This document shows, piece by piece, positions 13,189 to 13,466 of a stretch of 13,466 nucleotides of DNA. The position numbers and the translations under genes are program-made. The notes under the pieces are model-generated. The model had not been told where the DNA came from, made no database searches, and saw only the letters and a program-made list of their open reading frames with translations. Source of the DNA: Verrucomicrobiota bacterium (lineage in GTDB: Bacteria; Verrucomicrobiota; Verrucomicrobiia; Chthoniobacterales; UBA6821); assembly GCA_008932965.1 (NCBI GenBank), contig WBXG01000049.1, positions 1 to 13,466 of the forward strand, written 5' to 3'. Position 1 is the first letter of the stretch, and each line of letters begins with the position of its first letter.

Positions 13189-13466
13189 TTACTGCAGTGG
13201 AAGATTTTTTTGGAAATGAGATAGGGTGATAGCTGCTTTTTTAACAGCCTCCTCCATGGAAGAAAAATGAGAAAGATTCCAGGGCAAGAAATGATGTTGA
13301 TTGTTAAACCAGGTAATTTGTCTTTTAGCGTAGTGCTTGGTTGCTTGAGTGATTTTTTCAATAGTCGTATTTAAGGAAATTTCTCCTCGTAGGTGCGCTT
13401 GTATTTCACGTACGCCAAGAGCCATGGAAGCAGTTTTGCTTATGGATTGAGCGTTCAGTGCTGCAA
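13189..13466 (-). CDS. miaA: tRNA dimethylallyltransferase MiaA, C-terminal part (5' end lies beyond the window)
   Basis: The frame is open to the window edge. ...MALGVREIQAHLRGEISLNTTIEKITQATKHYAKRQITWFNN matches the conserved MiaA block (GYKE..YL.GE.SLEEAIE.IK..TR.YAKRQ.TWFR). TAA stop at 13189-13191. Confidence 0.85.
   Translation of the reverse strand, partial: AALNAQSISKTASMALGVREIQAHLRGEISLNTTIEKITQATKHYAKRQITWFNNQHHFLPWNLSHFSSMEEAVKKAAITLSHFQKNLPLQ

Overview
This 13.5 kb window is a housekeeping-type bacterial chromosome segment with moderately low GC. I could not find a Shine-Dalgarno motif upstream of any start. That absence and the protein architectures are compatible with a PVC/Verrucomicrobia-like organism, but I cannot establish this without a database search.

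Gene order:
- tRNA-Ser(GGA) (-)
- a stand-alone short-form nuoG (+)
- a two-gene minus-strand unit: a DUF2334 deacetylase-like protein, then an 800-aa PHP-domain/GT4 glycosyltransferase fusion
- ftsH (+), then a LolA-like secreted protein (+)
- hflX, a NifS-type cysteine desulfurase and a SprT-like zinc protein (all -)
- an orphan signal-peptide/TM protein (+)
- the 3' end of miaA (-)

I see no recognisable defence, toxin-antitoxin, CRISPR, secretion or prophage module.

The feature that ordinary gene annotation does not explain is a family of non-coding repeats with MITE-like terminal inverted repeats (TIRs). The TIR consensus is about GCCCGGATATTTCATAC, usually flanked by TA. The repeats occupy six intergenic loci:
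- 1-131 (copy A)
- 411-540 (copy B)
- 4809-4852 (C1)
- 8611-8709 (D)
- 10568-10668 (C2)
- 12925-13147 (E)

The copies sit at gene 3' ends, overlap or supply four stop codons, bracket the tRNA gene, and occur as full-length, internally deleted, solo-end and chimeric forms. The second candidate for novelty is the PHP-GT4 fusion paired with DUF2334. All repeat alignments, fold calls and counts were done by eye and need computational confirmation.
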